Positions 47,401 to 62,000 of a stretch of DNA of 64,000 nucleotides are shown in pieces (the first letter of the stretch is position 1; each line of letters begins with the position of its first letter). Under the pieces are notes generated by a model. That model was not told the DNA's origin and searched no databases. It saw only the letters and a list, made by a program, of their open reading frames with translations. The position numbers and the translations under genes are program-made. The stretch is from positions 593,053 to 657,052 of the forward strand of contig RHPI01001168.1 of assembly GCA_009103225.1 (NCBI GenBank), in the 5' to 3' direction. This DNA comes from Chlorokybus atmophyticus. Taxonomy: Eukaryota > Plantae > Mesostigma and Chlorokybus algae.

Positions 47401-50400
47401 GGTAAAAAGGTTGTTCTAAAGTTGTGTTCTGATCATGAATAAGTTTGGCTTTGCCTTTCCTCCTGTAGTCGTCTTCAGCAGCAGCAATGGAGTGGGAAGG
47501 GTGCGTGTCGGGCAACCTTTGTGGCCTCTTTTCTGATATGGTGATGCCAGGTTTCCGTCCATCCGCATGCGGCGCATCAGCAAGGCTTAACTGTATTGCC
47601 TTCTGCAGCTCTTGCTCTTCGGAGTCTGCAGCAACGTCATGTGCAACCTAGCATCAACAAAAAGTACACAGGATCAGACCACATGGTGTTGCCATGATGT
47701 GGTACACCCATTAGGCTCGGTTGAGCTTTGTACCTGTTGACTATCTTCAAGACTGCGCCTGAGTGCCTCCTGCAGCTGCTGTTTCTCGGTCTGATCTACA
47801 ACTGCTTGTGATTGCATGGCGATGCCTATGTTTGTTCCGGTCCTATCCTCAGCGTCTTCCAGGTGAACGTGTGCAAGCGCATGCTCAACAGCACGCTCTT
47901 CAACATCACCAGAGGTCTCAGCTGGTGCATCCTCCCAGTCAGGTTCTGTGGCCTTTGCCTGTTCTTGACAGGTCACATTCTTGATGACCTCCCGCAGCTC
48001 GTCAGCAGATGCATCCTTCCAGTCAATGTCCGAACCCGTGTTGGTTCCAACCTTTCCATCTTGATCTGCGACTGCATCTTCCCAGTCAATGCCGTCATCA
48101 TCTGCCTGTGGGCTCACAGCCTTGGCGGCGCTGCCTATGACTGCATGAGGAGCTTCATCGTCGCTGATGGTGATCTCTATGGCCTTCACTTCCGGCAGTC
48201 GCTGTCTACCGACTTCCTTGCTACTAGAATAATGGACATGCGTTGAGCGTGGCAAGGGTGGGGCTACGTTGTCTGGTGTCTCTACCCTCAAGGTGCTTTT
48301 ATCACCAATACTGTTCAGTTGCAGGATGGGATCCGCAGCCTCATTGTCCACATCATCATCCTCACTGCTGGCGTGAGCGAGCAGGCCAGCCTCTTCTTGA
48401 AATAAGTCCATTGTTAGATCAGGAGCAGACACCTGAGTGTGTGCCATGTAAGTCGCGCTAGGTTGTCAGTTCCAGAGGGCCACTTACTACCCTCCTATCA
48501 CTTCACGGTACTACATATCAGTACAAATCCCTGAACATCATACTTACTGGCATTGTAGGCACCTGCGCTAACGTGCTTGTGCCTAGCCCAGCCAATGGCG
48601 ACTTTGAGAAGAAGGGCGGTGGTGCCTTGCTGCTAACAGCAGTGAACAGGTTCCTAGCATGCCGCGGTGCCTGAGCGAGTGCCGACAGAGGCTTCTCATC
48701 TGCACCAGCACTTGGTGCATGTGAAGGGAGCGGCAGCGGAGCTTGGGCTCCTGCCGGCAAACTCTTTAAATCGCTGCATTCCAGTCAAGTCAGTAAACAT
48801 GAATGTCAGACACATCAACACACAAATGAGTGGCTTGGTCTGTTGAACAGTGGTGATGCCTAGGGGTAATACGGCAAAGGCTGTGTGACATGAGAGCCAG
48901 TGCGAACCTATGATTTGCACCAAGTAAAAGAGATGTTGAAGCACCAAGTATGCTTACCCCTGGTAGTTGTCAGAGAAAAGGTACTCTCGGTTGATCTCTG
49001 ATGCTATTCGTCCTGAAGCCATGCCAGGCAAGTTGGCAGCATTGCCACCTTTCTGCAACATGTAGCCACTTGAGAGGATTGTATGGACAGACCACACGAC
49101 AACATCGTGTATGCTACTCACAGCTGCACCAATGGCATGTGAGCAGCGTCACCTGCAGCTCAGCCAAATGCCGGCGGAAGCGGGTGCTCTGCAAATAAGC
49201 CTTCATCTGAACTTGCGAGAAGGACTCCGGGGCCTGGAAGTGATTTCAATCACTGTTCAGGCTTGCAAAGTGCATCTGCACAGCGATGTGTTCAACCGGA
49301 AATGCGTGCACAGGTTCCTCAATTGCAAAGGAAGCAAGCACCTACGACATATTCAACGCAACGCAACGCGCAAAAACAATACGCACCTTGGCGACTTGGT
49401 GGTACTTCTCTCTATTTTCTGTGAAGCGCCTATCCCTCAACTACACCACAAGCAGTGTTAGGAAGCGAACAGCAGTCAACTGGTTCAACAACCTTATCAA
49501 CATCACCAGCGCAAAGCAATTCCCCTTTACAACCGCTGAGTGCACATGCTTACTTGCACTAGGGCTTCCAACTGCATGGATACTGGCAGGGCGGCGAGTA
49601 CTGCTGGATCCAGATTCTCTGTGCTCCCTTCAAGCCAGGGCTGCGCATATTACAACAATCTCACGCTGCAGCTGACAGTCTCACTCCATTGACCACTAGA
49701 GTGACACACTGTTATGCGAAACTAACATCATATGCAAGAAGACGTTCAACCGCTGATTGGACATACCATAAACATCTGCTGGTCTTCTTCATCCTCATCT
49801 TCTTCTTTCACTTCTATCTGACCAACAGCCTGGGCGTCCTGCTCCTGCGCCAGCGACCTGGCCAGCCTGCAACCGGAGCCAGCTTTCAAACCACACACGC
49901 GTGAGCAGCAAAGACAATGCGCATAAGTAGCGCTCCCAGCAAGCAGGGAATGCACACATACAGCTCATCGGACGCTGTGTGGTTAGAGCTTTGTGGCAGT
50001 GATAGCTGACTAGATGATGGCGCATTGTGGGGAACTCGTTGACTGCCGCTAGCTGGCTTTTTTACAGCCCTCTTCTTTGTAGGTGGAGGAGGCAGCCCAG
50101 CAGCTTCAGCAATGACGCGCTCATCAATGTGACGAGCCCTCAACTGATTGAGCAGCAGCTTCTCTGCAGTCTTGCGCATGCGGGACACAGCCTTGTCACG
50201 CTGGCGCCTGTTATGAACAAATCACAGCATGCAGCTTAGTTCAATCCACATAATAAATGACAGCCTATCGCTGAATGGCTGCTTACATATGCATGTAAAG
50301 AGGCAATATTGCAAAATGGCTTCTACAAGCAAGAGGATGAGTGAGCTTTACCTACGAGCAAGCACCGTACGTCTCTTGAGGGCGGGCGTCCCGCCATCAA

Positions 50401-51183
50401 AGACAAACACGGGCCGCACACGAAGGTAAAGCAGCTTGCAGATGCGGCGGAAGAAGCCCAGGAGGTGTGCATTTTTGAGCATATCACCACGGTCATCTCG
50501 CATCGCCTTGATAAACTGCACCACCCATATGGAGGCATCTGCCGTGCATGCTGCGTCAGTGTTCATACTGACACAGCTCGTAAACCCTGTAGCATGCACT
50601 GAGCATGCAGCGTACCAGCAACAGTCGAGAGCCAGCTCAAACTATACGGAGAATCAATGAACACTATGGATGTCTTATTGCTGGTTTTGTAATGGCAATG
50701 ACAGCTTCCGCAACGTGTGTATGAGTACAATGTAGCAATCAACTGTCACTGGCATGCTGAGAGGAGAGGCCAGCAGAACACGCAACACATGGGGGAGCAA
50801 GCATACGCACTGAATAAATACTAGGAGAGAGCTTCGACATATAAAAGTCAACAACGTCAGCAAGTCGTCACAGCCGCACGTAGTGTGTGCATGCAAGTTT
50901 GCGTTCTTCTTCATCAGCGTGCAGAGCATGTGCATTACTCCAAAATCTGACGGTGAAGCTACGCCCACAGCATCAAACCGGAATGTTGTAGTTCAATAAC
51001 GTTCCGAGCTAATTCAAACGAAGGTGAGCTCAGACTTGGATTGATGGTAGCAACAGAGGCAGGTTACAGCAGAGACGAACAGCCAACTACAGTACCTACG
51101 GCCAAGCGTTTGTTGCCGAGAGCTTCGACTGAAACGCGTCTCCCGACCGGCTCGAGCAGACTCCACAACCCCTGCACACCCAT
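44500..51183 (-). CDS. UVH3: XPG/RAD2 nucleotide-excision-repair endonuclease (UVH3-like), multi-exon
   Basis: [17 protein letters not shown]...LAV|[35 protein letters not shown], long acidic spacer, [46 protein letters not shown]. Confidence 0.95.
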
Positions 51184-51333
51184 TGCCGCCGACAACCCCT
51201 GCCCCGACGCCACCGCCGCTGCCGCGTCTGCCTTTGCCGCCCTTCAGTATCGCTGATCAGATACGCTGGTTCAAGATACGTGCGTATCCAAAGTGTTTGC
51301 GATATTTCAACCTGGATACACCTGCGCCGCCCG

Positions 51334-51342
51334 TTAGGGTTT
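51334..51342. promoter_or_regulatory. Telo-box in the divergent XPG / coiled-coil gene interval
   Basis: TTAGGGTTT motif match only. Confidence 0.35.
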
Positions 51343-51681
51343 TGAAAATTTTTTTCCGGCGCTTTGAACTGAATTCAAGCAAGGTTGAGTTGCGGTTAGT
51401 TGCTAACCGTCAACGGGCGGTTTTGGCGGTTTACCTGGGCAGATTGCACGGTCGAGATTGGTCCTCTTCGCGTTGTCGAAGCACCTGCGGCCGTCGATGG
51501 ACTGCAGCCACGGTCTAATCTCTTAACCGGTAAAACCGGATTAGGGTCCGTGTCAACGCAGTGTGCATCGAGCTTGCAGCAGGCGTAGCTGGTGGGCGGC
51601 GGCGGCGTTGTGGACAGGGGCGGCGGCGGTGGTGGGAGGGGAAGTGGGGGGAGCTTTGAGGAGGTTCCCCCCGCTGCTGTA

Positions 51682-54600
51682 CATGTCTTTTGCGTGCAAA
51701 GATGGCGTTCGGATCCAGTACACCCCGCTTTCAGGAGACCCGAGGCTCCACGCCAGGTGAGAAGTGGTGGAAAGCTAGCATGCCAGCCAATTAACAGCGG
51801 AGAGAGCTGAGTATTCAGCAGATTCAATTCAACAACTTGTTACAATGAACACTTTACTCCACCTTACCAGCAGCACTGTCTTTGCTTTGGGAGTGCAGGC
51901 TGTGGTAGTAGTCGTTCACCTGACACAACTACTGCGTGAATTTGCTTGATGTCTCTCTGTTAGGCTTTGGACAGACGTTTACCTCGGTGTAAGCAACCTT
52001 TTCAAGCGAAGGGCATGTGTACAGACCAGTCACCTGGCATTGAGACAGGCCTTGATTTTTGTCGTCAAATGGGTCAGCCCAGTAGGCGCCATGCAACAAT
52101 GCATTTGCCCAGTTTATTGTCCCGTCATCTCCTATTGTTTGCAAAGAAGAGCATATACATCTGCAAGTCAGGCGATACATGTACTGTTGTTGCTTAGTTG
52201 AGGTGTGTGAAATGAGCGTTGAGTCGAGCACTGCGCAAGTAATGACCGGCATACGTGTTGCTCAGGTCCTGGCGCGTACAGTGTTGATGACCACAGAGTC
52301 AACGACCAAATGAGCAGCTTCTTCCTAAGCAAGGAAGAGCGCTTCCGCCTTCAGCAGCAGCAAGCAGCTGCAGAAGCGTTGGGGCCTGCCATGGAACCAA
52401 GCTATTCTAAGCGACCCCCAATCAAAGGTACATAAAAGCCCCTCAGCACCAATAGTGGGAGCCTTATGCTTACCACCTAGCAGTCATCTTTTGGACAAAG
52501 GCGCCACATAATAGAACAGCTCAAACGTTGTGTTGTAGACCTGCAAATGAGTCTTGGTTTGTGTGGCAGCAACGCACTTTAGTGCCTGGTGGCCAGCTAT
52601 GTTACTGGTCACTTGCACTCACCTGGCACAATGTCCTTGACCTTAGCTGGAGTGTATTGATCAATGACAACAGTGTCTGCAGGCGTGCGTCCACGCTCAG
52701 GGCGCAGCCTACGCGAGTTGAGCCGCAACAGCAGTCTGAGCACGAGCTCCACGAGCTTGAACGGGCGCGATGTGGAAGATGCAAGGGTACGTGTTGTCTG
52801 CACCACCCTCCATAATGCTCAACTCACAATCATTCTCGCACAAGCCCAACCTAGCAGCAGCAATCCTAACACATGTGCTACCACAGCTCGTGCCGGCTAG
52901 TGAGCAAGAAACTGCTACAAACATGGCTGTGCCATCGTCGAGTAGGTATGCTTCCTAGGCAACGCACATGCTGCACCTTCCCAGCTGTCATAGCATCGGC
53001 ACTACCTGGTTACAAGTGCAGGTTGCACAACCCCTTCTGATATGCCTGACTTCAGTGTTTTGTGTTCATCGTGCTTCAGACCCTTCAATGGTGCAGCCAA
53101 CCAGGAAGTCCAAGCAGCTCCATCCGAGTTCAGCGCACAGTCGGACCGTCATGTCATTGATGCTTGGGCAGAGCGTGAACAGCGGTTGCTTGCCGAAGTC
53201 GAGTTGCTGCAGGCAAACATAGAAGCTGCGCATGGTGCTCGCTCCCGCTTGGAGGTCAGCATGATGTATAAAGCTGAACTTCAAGTCCGTGTTCTTCCTA
53301 TGTGGCTTACGTATGCATGGAGTGTTGTTCACCTGTATCTCGAGTGTTGACTGAGGTCTGGCTCATGCAATCTCATAGCCTACAACAAACTTCACCAGTG
53401 TTCTGCGAGCATTGTCAATCCATGCATTGCAACTTAGGTGACTGTGACATGTCTTTGACTTAGCCTGCTTGCACAGGGTGAACTTGAGCACCAGAGGCAT
53501 GAGTACAGCGTGTTGCGGCAAGCTGCGCAGTCAACAGCTCATGCTTTGTCCCAATTGCATGAGGAGATTAAGACGAACGGTGAACGCACAGCGCATCTGC
53601 AGAAACACGCGGCTATGCAGGTGCAGCAGTGCACTGCTGCTAACAACATGCCACTGTAAAATCACAAACAACAGTTGAGATACAACAATCCTGCGCAGGC
53701 TTTGGCTCTCAGTGAGGCAGCGACAGACATCAAAGCCAAAGCAGCGGAGTGCTCTCGGCTGATGGAGATGGCACAAGCCATGGAAGCAAAGCTGATGCGC
53801 GAGGTTGCTGCACGCGAGGATGCAGAAGCCAGATTGGCTTCAGCTTCGGAACAGATGCGTGCCAAGCATGAAGAGCTTGCCAACTTGCAGGTACCAATGC
53901 CGATGCAAACGCAGTAATCATCAATTGCGCGTGTTCTGTGCTTCATTGTGGGGTTGCAATGCATGCCTTAATATCTGACTGCTGCTTCATCAGGAGTCAG
54001 CGATGTCTCAGGCAGCACGCGAGGTGCAAGTGAGGACACAAGAGTGTGCGCAGCTATCAGATGCAGTGCAAGCGACGGAAGCCAGGCTGCAACAAGAACT
54101 GAGTACGCGAAAGGACGCAGAAGCTCAGCTTGCAGTTGTTGATGCTCAAAACCGCAAAAGAGAACAGGAGATCAGTGAGCTGCAGACCACAATGGCAGCT
54201 CAGGTATGTGACACTCGCAACTTTGGTGGTGCTGTTTGCAGGTTCAGCGTGACATGCACACTGATACTTGGCCATGTACAATGTGTCTACCAGGAAATAC
54301 AGCTCGCCAAGGTGTTACAAGAGCTGAGCCAGCTGGTGCACGAGCGTGAAGCTCTTGCACAGGAACACTCTGAGTTGAAAGAAGTGCATGCTACGGGTCA
54401 GGCTGTACTAGAGGAACGCGACATGCAAATCAAAGGTTTGACGGCTGCCATTGATGAGAAGCAGAGATTGCACGAGCACACTGCAGAGCTCACACGCGCG
54501 CATCAAGCAGCCATACAGGAGCTGCAGGTACAAGCTTTAACTGATATTGCGTTTGCCAACAAGGGCCACACTTGCGGTTGACTGATCCCATGATTTGGTG

Positions 54601-57600
54601 CAGCATGAGATTACCGACAAAGCGATTTCTTTGACTCAGCATATACGGGACGCCAACAGCACCATCGCTGAGTTGAAGGCTGCCAATGCGCAGTTGAACT
54701 TGCAGGTGTTTGGGGTTGTGTGATGCATGCGGGTTTGTTGGTTCTGCAAAGGCTGAGGCTGTGTGGCTGTTCCAATGCATGCAGTCAACCCAACATTTTT
54801 GTGCCTCAGGTGACTGCAAAGGACACACGCACTGAAGAGCTCAGCAAGGAGTTGGCCGTTACGCGCAAAAAGCTCTCGATGGCCACAATTGAGTTGAGCC
54901 AGCGCATGGCCGAAACGCGCGGCACAGAGCAGGAGTTGCAAGCGGCCCTTGCTAGTTCTCGCAGTGATTACTCGAGTGTCAGTCACAATTTGCATCTGAT
55001 GGAGCAGGCATTGGCTATGTCCAATGCCAAGGTGGAGGTTCTGGAACAGCAGGCCATCGAGCACGACAAAGCCATGACACTGCTTCGCAGCGATGCTCAT
55101 CACTATGAAGCATTGTTGATGGAGTCTCAAGCACAGAACAAGGCTTCACAAGCAAAGCTCAGCAACCTCCACGATCAGGTACAACATACCTCCGCGTGTG
55201 CACATGCGTGTGGTCGTGGGCACTCTTTGTTCGTGCACGTAGCTACCCTTGCTGCATGCACTGTGGTTATGTAAATTATCGTTTACGCGTATGGTCATGG
55301 GCACCCTCCGTGCGTGCACATAGCTACCCTTGCTGCATGCGCTGTGACTATGTGCATTTGAAGTAGGGCATTTGTGTTGCACCCATGTCGTTGATACTCC
55401 TTGCAAGCAGTGTGTCACACTCTAAAGTAGCAATTTGCGTACAGCTGGAGTCCACTCAAAGCATGGTTGCTGAGCTACGGCAGGCGTTGATGATGAGAGA
55501 CAAGCAGACTGCGAAGCTCCAGCACCACAATCATGACCTTGAACTGCAGCTGGAGAAGATGAATACTGAGTTGACCAGCTGCCAGACGGACCTGAGCGAC
55601 CTTCAGCTCGCGTACCTTGCTTTGCAGCGCCAGCAGGAAACCGCAATCCTCTCGCACTATGAGCAGCTGAACCAGCAGAATCAGAACCATGTGGATGAGG
55701 TGGAGAAGTTCCGGGCTGAGGCGAGCATGTTGACGCATCGGCTCACATTGGAAGAGCAAGCGAATGCCACATTGCTTGCAGAGTCCAAAGCCAAGCTTGG
55801 AGAGGTGCACTTTGGCAATTGCTGTTAGCACGACTGCATGCCAGCTGCATCGCTTACAACTGTCTTTGTTGCAGCTTGGTGAGCACATCATGGAGTTGCA
55901 AGACAGATGTCTTGAGCTTGAGAAAGCGGTATCAGTGAAGGAGGAGCAGCTGCAAGCACATGTTGCCAATGATGAGGCTGTTCAGGCGCAACTGGAGCAG
56001 AGCAAACAAGACATGGCTGCAATCTCTGCAGAGCTGTCGCTAAGGGAGGAGCAGCTGCAAGCACACGTCGTCAATGATGAGGCTGTGCAGGCGCAACTAG
56101 AGCAGTGCAAACAAGACATGGCCACAATTTCCGCACAGCTGGCGCTGAAGGAGGAGCAGCTGCAAGCACATGTCACCAACAATGAGGCTGCGCAGGCGCA
56201 ACTGAAGCAGAACAGAAATGACATGGCAATAATTTCCGCACAGCTTCACCAGGCCGAAGCGACACATGCCACAGCTTCTCGTGCTTGGGAGGTCAAGGAG
56301 TCTGAGGTATGATGATCAATGCGTTAAGTTGGCATGTGCAATGTTTTGTTCTTGCGCTTGTTTAGTGCTAAAATTCCATTTGTGCGCGCAGTTGGAATCA
56401 AAGTTTGAGCAGCAACAGCAGACCATACTTGAAGCTCAGACCGAGATAGCGGAGTGCACGGCCCGTCTCGCCGAGGTCGAATCGCAGCTGGCGGACAGCA
56501 TGGAAGCCGCGTTTGCAATTCAGATGGAGGCAGCGCAGTATCAGGCAACCATATCAAGTCTTAAAGGCAAGTTGCAAGAGAGCAACCAAGACTTGACCGT
56601 GCTGCAACAGCAGCTTGCGCAGCGGAATGAGCAGATGTCAGACTACCAGTCTCGCCAGCAAGAGCTGATGCAAAGCTTGGAAAGCAAGGAGGCTCATGCA
56701 GCCGATCTTCAGCGACAACTGGCGGCCTCGTCCACGGCGATGCAAGTGTGCTACAAGGAGCTCAAGGCCAAGGATGCCAGAGTGGCGGAGCTCAACGCCG
56801 AATGCACCAGCTTTCAAGCAGAGCTCGGCGACATCCAGGCCGAGCACCTCGCCCTGCAGCGACAGATGGAAGCGACAGTGCTCAAGTATGACGCGCAGGT
56901 TCAGCAACTTAAGGCGCAGCATGCGGCTGAGGTGGAGAAGATCTCCGCTCAGATCAGGTCTATGCAAATCAAGCTCGAAGCTACAAAGTCTGAGGTATTC
57001 AGCAGCAGGAAGTATACACAGTGTAACGAGTGCAGATAGCTGCAGGGTATCCCCATTTGTGTCTAATTTGCTGATGTTGACTTAATCTGTGTGCAGTCCC
57101 AAGTAGCCAGACAGCAGGCAAGCAGCCTGCAGGACAAGCTGAACAACGTCGAGAAGGCGGCCGAGCTGCATCAGAACCAGCTGAGCAAGGTTGAGAAGGC
57201 AGCGGAGCTGCACCAGAACCAGCTGCAGGCGTACAAGGCCGGCAACCACTTGCTGGAGACCCAGTTGCGCCAGAAGACGCAGGATCTGCAAGGGCTGCAG
57301 GCCCAATTGAAAGACTCAGAGGAGACACACGTGGCTGCCATCAACATGCTGGAGTCAAAAGTGGAAGCCAAAGATCTTGAGGTACTGTTGATACGAGTCC
57401 TTGTAATCTGATGTGGACGCATACCAATTTGAGATGGTAGTCTATAGCATACATGGCAGGACACATAGAGCAAGAGCTTCGCTCGTATGTTTGTCTGTGT
57501 GGTCAAGCGCAATGTGATGCAGATTAACAAGTTGCGGGAGGAGATGGCTGCACGTGTGGAGGCTGAGGCTACTCAACAAGCACAGCAGCAAGTTGATGCA

Positions 57601-58666
57601 CAGGTTTGCATCTACACACCAAGCATGTTTGTGATAATGAGTCGGTGCTTGTATTCTGAACTTGTGTCTGCAGCTTGCGGAGATCAAGGCCAAGAGCGAA
57701 GAGTCCACCCTGATGTTGGAGCTGGAGCTCCAGCGCCTTCGCACTGACAACCAGTCGTTGAAGGAGCATGTGACCCAACTTGAGGTACAGCACGGCAGTG
57801 CATTGCTATAAGATAGTGTATGTGGCTGCTTTGTTTGTTGGAACACTTGCTTACGAACCTGCGTGCACAGGCCAATCTGCAGGAAATGGTGGACATGCAT
57901 GCGTCCCTGGTAGACCATAACAACCACAAGCAAAAGATACATCACCATATGAAGGTGAGGGTTGTTGCACGCATTGCGTAAAGGTTGTGTTTGGGCTGTG
58001 TTTGGGCTGGTTCTTCTCATCCAAGCCAGCGCATGAGATATGCAGCATGTTTATCAATCTTGGCACAATACTCTTAAATGCAATGCAGGTCAAAGATCAG
58101 CTTCAGACAGCCAGGAAAGAGCTGTTGACACTGGAGGAAGAAAAAGTGCTGTTGGAGCAAGTACGCGGCTTTGTACCATGTGTGACTGTTAGACGACAGG
58201 TGACTGTTGAACACCATGCTGACTTTGTACACGCTTGTGGCTGTTGTCTCAGGTGGTGAGGTACCTCGTGTATCGCCAGCTGCCTTCTCACCTCCAGAAG
58301 CCATGGCACAGACTGAAGCAGGTGAACATAGCAGACAAGGAGAACACCGCCGGCGAGCTCGCATATGATGTCATTGAGCAGCGTGTTCTTGCAAAGGTAC
58401 AGTTGTGTGCACATGCATGTGTGTGATGGTACTGTGTGGTTGTAAATATGTTCAGACTGTGTAAATACTGACTTCCCTAACAGACATGTCTACTTTGTTT
58501 ATGCTTGCAGATTGAAGCGCTCTGCGGTACAAAGAGAGTTATCCCTTTGCTGAGCAAATCGGTGGAGAGTGCAGAGCTGCAGCTGTTGCTCAATCAAGCA
58601 CGCCCAACGATCCAGGCACTGGCAATCACTAAGTCCGGAAGCTACTCCGTTGCTGCACAAGAATAA
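51682..58666 (+). CDS. Long coiled-coil protein of unknown function, multi-exon; start is either 51682 or 52310
   Basis: Many exons rich in E/Q/L/A/K with heptad character and regular GT-AG boundaries; internal 105-bp and 42-bp repeats; no recognisable globular domain. Confidence 0.75.
55941..56247 (+). repeat. Coding tandem repeat, 3 x 105 bp (35 aa)
   Basis: GAGGAGCAGCTGCAAGCACA starts at 55941, 56046 and 56151 (EEQLQAHV.N.EA.QAQL.Q...DMA.ISA.L). Confidence 0.92.
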
Positions 58667-59017
58667 GGAAACCTTAAGATATGAACTCCGTGTGAATAAC
58701 CCTGTATGCGTGTGCCCTTTGCTTATGTTAGACTTATTGCGACCATGCTTAACGTGGTTGAGGAGCGACCCAATGATAGTGTTGCCCACACATACTGTGT
58801 ACCCTTAGTAACAGTAGCAGCAATGATACAGTTGTTGTCCACCAGTGCATGTGCACATGTTGGACACATTGTGTATATGCATTTTGGCAAGGCACGCTTT
58901 GTGCCACCTTAGAGTGCTGGCCATCCAGCAGTGCTGGACCAGCACTCGCAAACTGATGCTGACACGAGCTATACCGAAGCAGGACATGTATGTACACACT
59001 AGGAGTTTGGAGTCTGC

Positions 59018-62000
59018 TTACGCGACATCTTCGTTTTGCTCAGGCTGCTGTTGTTGAGTGTGAGTCTGGAAGACCTGCTCGTGTGTCTGTTGCAGCAGCA
59101 GCAGCAGCCTCATCAACAGCCGTGAGCTCTGCAGGCGGGCCTTGGTCATCCGTGCGGGGCGCGCGTGGTGTTGGAGGGATACCACCAGAGCCTTTGTAAA
59201 GCACAAGCACTCAGGTAAGAGGTTTGCATGCATCAAGGAATGGCGTGTGTAGTGCAAATACATTCTTGCACCGTACCATGATATGCAGGTGTTCGCGCCT
59301 TCTTCCCAATGGCGTTGCGATCGGGGCGCTGGCCAGTGAGCCGCACAAGTTCTAACGTGTCAATAACAGACTTGTGGCCGAAGGACTTGGCTTCGTCGTA
59401 CGCAGTGTTGCCCCATCGGTCCTTCTTGTTCAGATCGGCCCCATACGCCAGCAGCAGCTGCAGCCACAAGAGCTGCATCTTAATTGTGTATGGATAGTCC
59501 GTGTTTGCATGGGTACATGAGCTAGTATGCGTGCATAGCGTGTGTGTGTTTGAGTATCAGCGAACGCACGCATGCGCATGGGCAAGCACACATACACATA
59601 CACACCTGTGCCAGTGGCTTCAGACCCTCCGCGCAGGCAATGTGAAGAGCAGTACGCAAATCATAGTCAGCGGAGTCGGGGTCTACACCATAGCGTAGCA
59701 GCCGTCGCAGGTAGTCAATGTTGCCGGCAAACGTGGCATTGCAGAGCTCGCTGGCGGGTTCCCTCATCTGCAGTTTCCCGCCCAACTGCGTGCCACCAAT
59801 ACAACTCAAGACATGCACACGCACGCATGTGCCTTGCAGAGTGGTAACTCTATCCTCTCACCTCCACGAGAAAGGCGCACACGTCCTCGTGGCTAGCCTT
59901 GACAGCCTCCATGAGCGGCGTGATCCCAAAGTGGTCCATAGCATTAATGTTGGCACCCTGCTGCGCAAGATACCGCACCGCATCGAGGTTGCCCTTCGCT
60001 GCCGCCAGGTGCAGGGGAGCCCTCCCGTCATAATCCGCTGCACTCGGATCAAACCTTTACACAGAGAGACATGTTGGGTGACTACAACTATGTCGTGTCG
60101 CATGGAAGGATACAACATGTACTCGTTACTTACCCCGCGGAGGCGATCTTGCGCAGCTGAGCCACATCCCCACGCGAAGCCGCAAAGCACAGGTCCATGA
60201 CGGTGTCCTGGTCTTTACCAGCAGCAAACTGCTCCACCTGCGCGCACCAACTTGTTGTTGCGTTGTTGTAGTGAGCTGCTGCATGCGTGGTTGTTATTGT
60301 CGCGCAACTCCAATCAAGAATGGAGTCATTTTCTCTCACCTGTGATACAAGCTCGACATGCAGTGGATCTGTCCTCCTTTTCAGTACCAACGCCAGATTA
60401 AGAAGAACCGTCCTCTGGTCCTTGGTGGAGTTCTTCACTGCCTGCTCGCAAACAGTGTGCATCAAATAGCAAACACAGACACGCGTGCACACGTCCACAC
60501 CCTGCTCGCAAAAGGTGCATCATCTATCAACAGCACACGCACGCACACACGCTGCATCGTCAGCACCTGCTGGTATGCTTCTCTGCTGATGACGAGTGCT
60601 CTGCAGATGGCGTCGCTGGCTGTGCGCACGGTGTAAGGCTGAAGCAGATCGCACATGAGGGCCGCCTCGCCAAAGCAGTCGCCCATGCCAAGTGTCGCGA
60701 CAACAGTCTCCTTCCCTACAAGTTGGAACATATTTTCTCATCGTGACACGTTGTGACACCAACTGCCGCATGACACAACTCACAAGTACCTGTGTCGTCG
60801 GTGATGACGAGCTCCACGGAGCCGGACAACACAATGAACATCTCGTTGCCCGCGTCGAGCTTCTCGGTCAACACAACGTTGTTGGGCATGAAGAAGTCAG
60901 ACGTCACGTTGCAGACGAGATGGTCTATGAAGGACTCCGTGCAACCCTGATCACAAGATTATACACTTCAGACCCACATTATCAGCTCTCTACTCAGGCA
61001 TGCTTTGCTGGATACCAAACCACTTCTTTAGCATCTATTAGCCTTTTGTCAGACGTGCTTGCCTGGATACGAGAATATGCTGTTCATTCAAACTGCATTG
61101 ATGTCTGTGTTCTTACTTGTGTATATACATTTTTGGGGGGGTACCCGTTGTACCGAGTCTTCCATCAACAATATACTAAGAGCAAATGACACTAGTAGTA
61201 GAACATGTTGTGTTATACTTTCACCTCCATGTGTCTCACCTGAAACAGGTAGCACCGTCTGAGCGTCCTCATATACACTATCCTCGCCACTTTGGTCCTG
61301 AGCGACTGCGGGAAATGCCTCAACACATCCTGTCTCTCGTCTTTCGTCTCGAACTGCAGCATGAGGTACGCCTTCATCTGTTGCCGCAGCTCCGACGGCA
61401 CGCGGTTCTTCTTTAAGAATCTGTTCAGGGACGCGGAACGGTCGCGGTAGTCGGCGGTCACGAGGTCGCGCTTGGTCACGAGAGCAGTCATGTTCCCTGT
61501 GTGGGAGTGGGGGAGATGGTGTTGTTGTTGTGTGGGGTGCAAGTGGTTTGGTCGGGCAAGGGGTATCCAGTACTTGGGATGACAGGTGTGCGTGTGTGCC
61601 TGTGCACGTTGTTGTGTTGTGCGTACCGAGTATGTAGGATGACAGGCCTAGATTGAATAGCATGTAGATGCAGTCCATCCACATCTCGCCGGCGTTTACA
61701 GGATGGTAGTCGCCATACCCTACCGTCATCTGCATAACGATGAACAGCTCTGAACCCAACCCTCACGCACGCACGCACGCACACACACACACACACGTAT
61801 ATGCACACAAACCAATTCTGACTACACAACTCATTGTTACCAGTGTGACCACACTCCAGTAGAAGCTCTTAGTGTATCGCAGCGCGAGGTTCTCTGCAGT
61901 CTCAAAGTCTGGATCGTACGAACCGAGCCACGTGTTGGCCGGGTCCGTGTACAGCGTGGCGATGAAGTAGATGCCGCACCCCGCCCAATGCGCCGCCATC

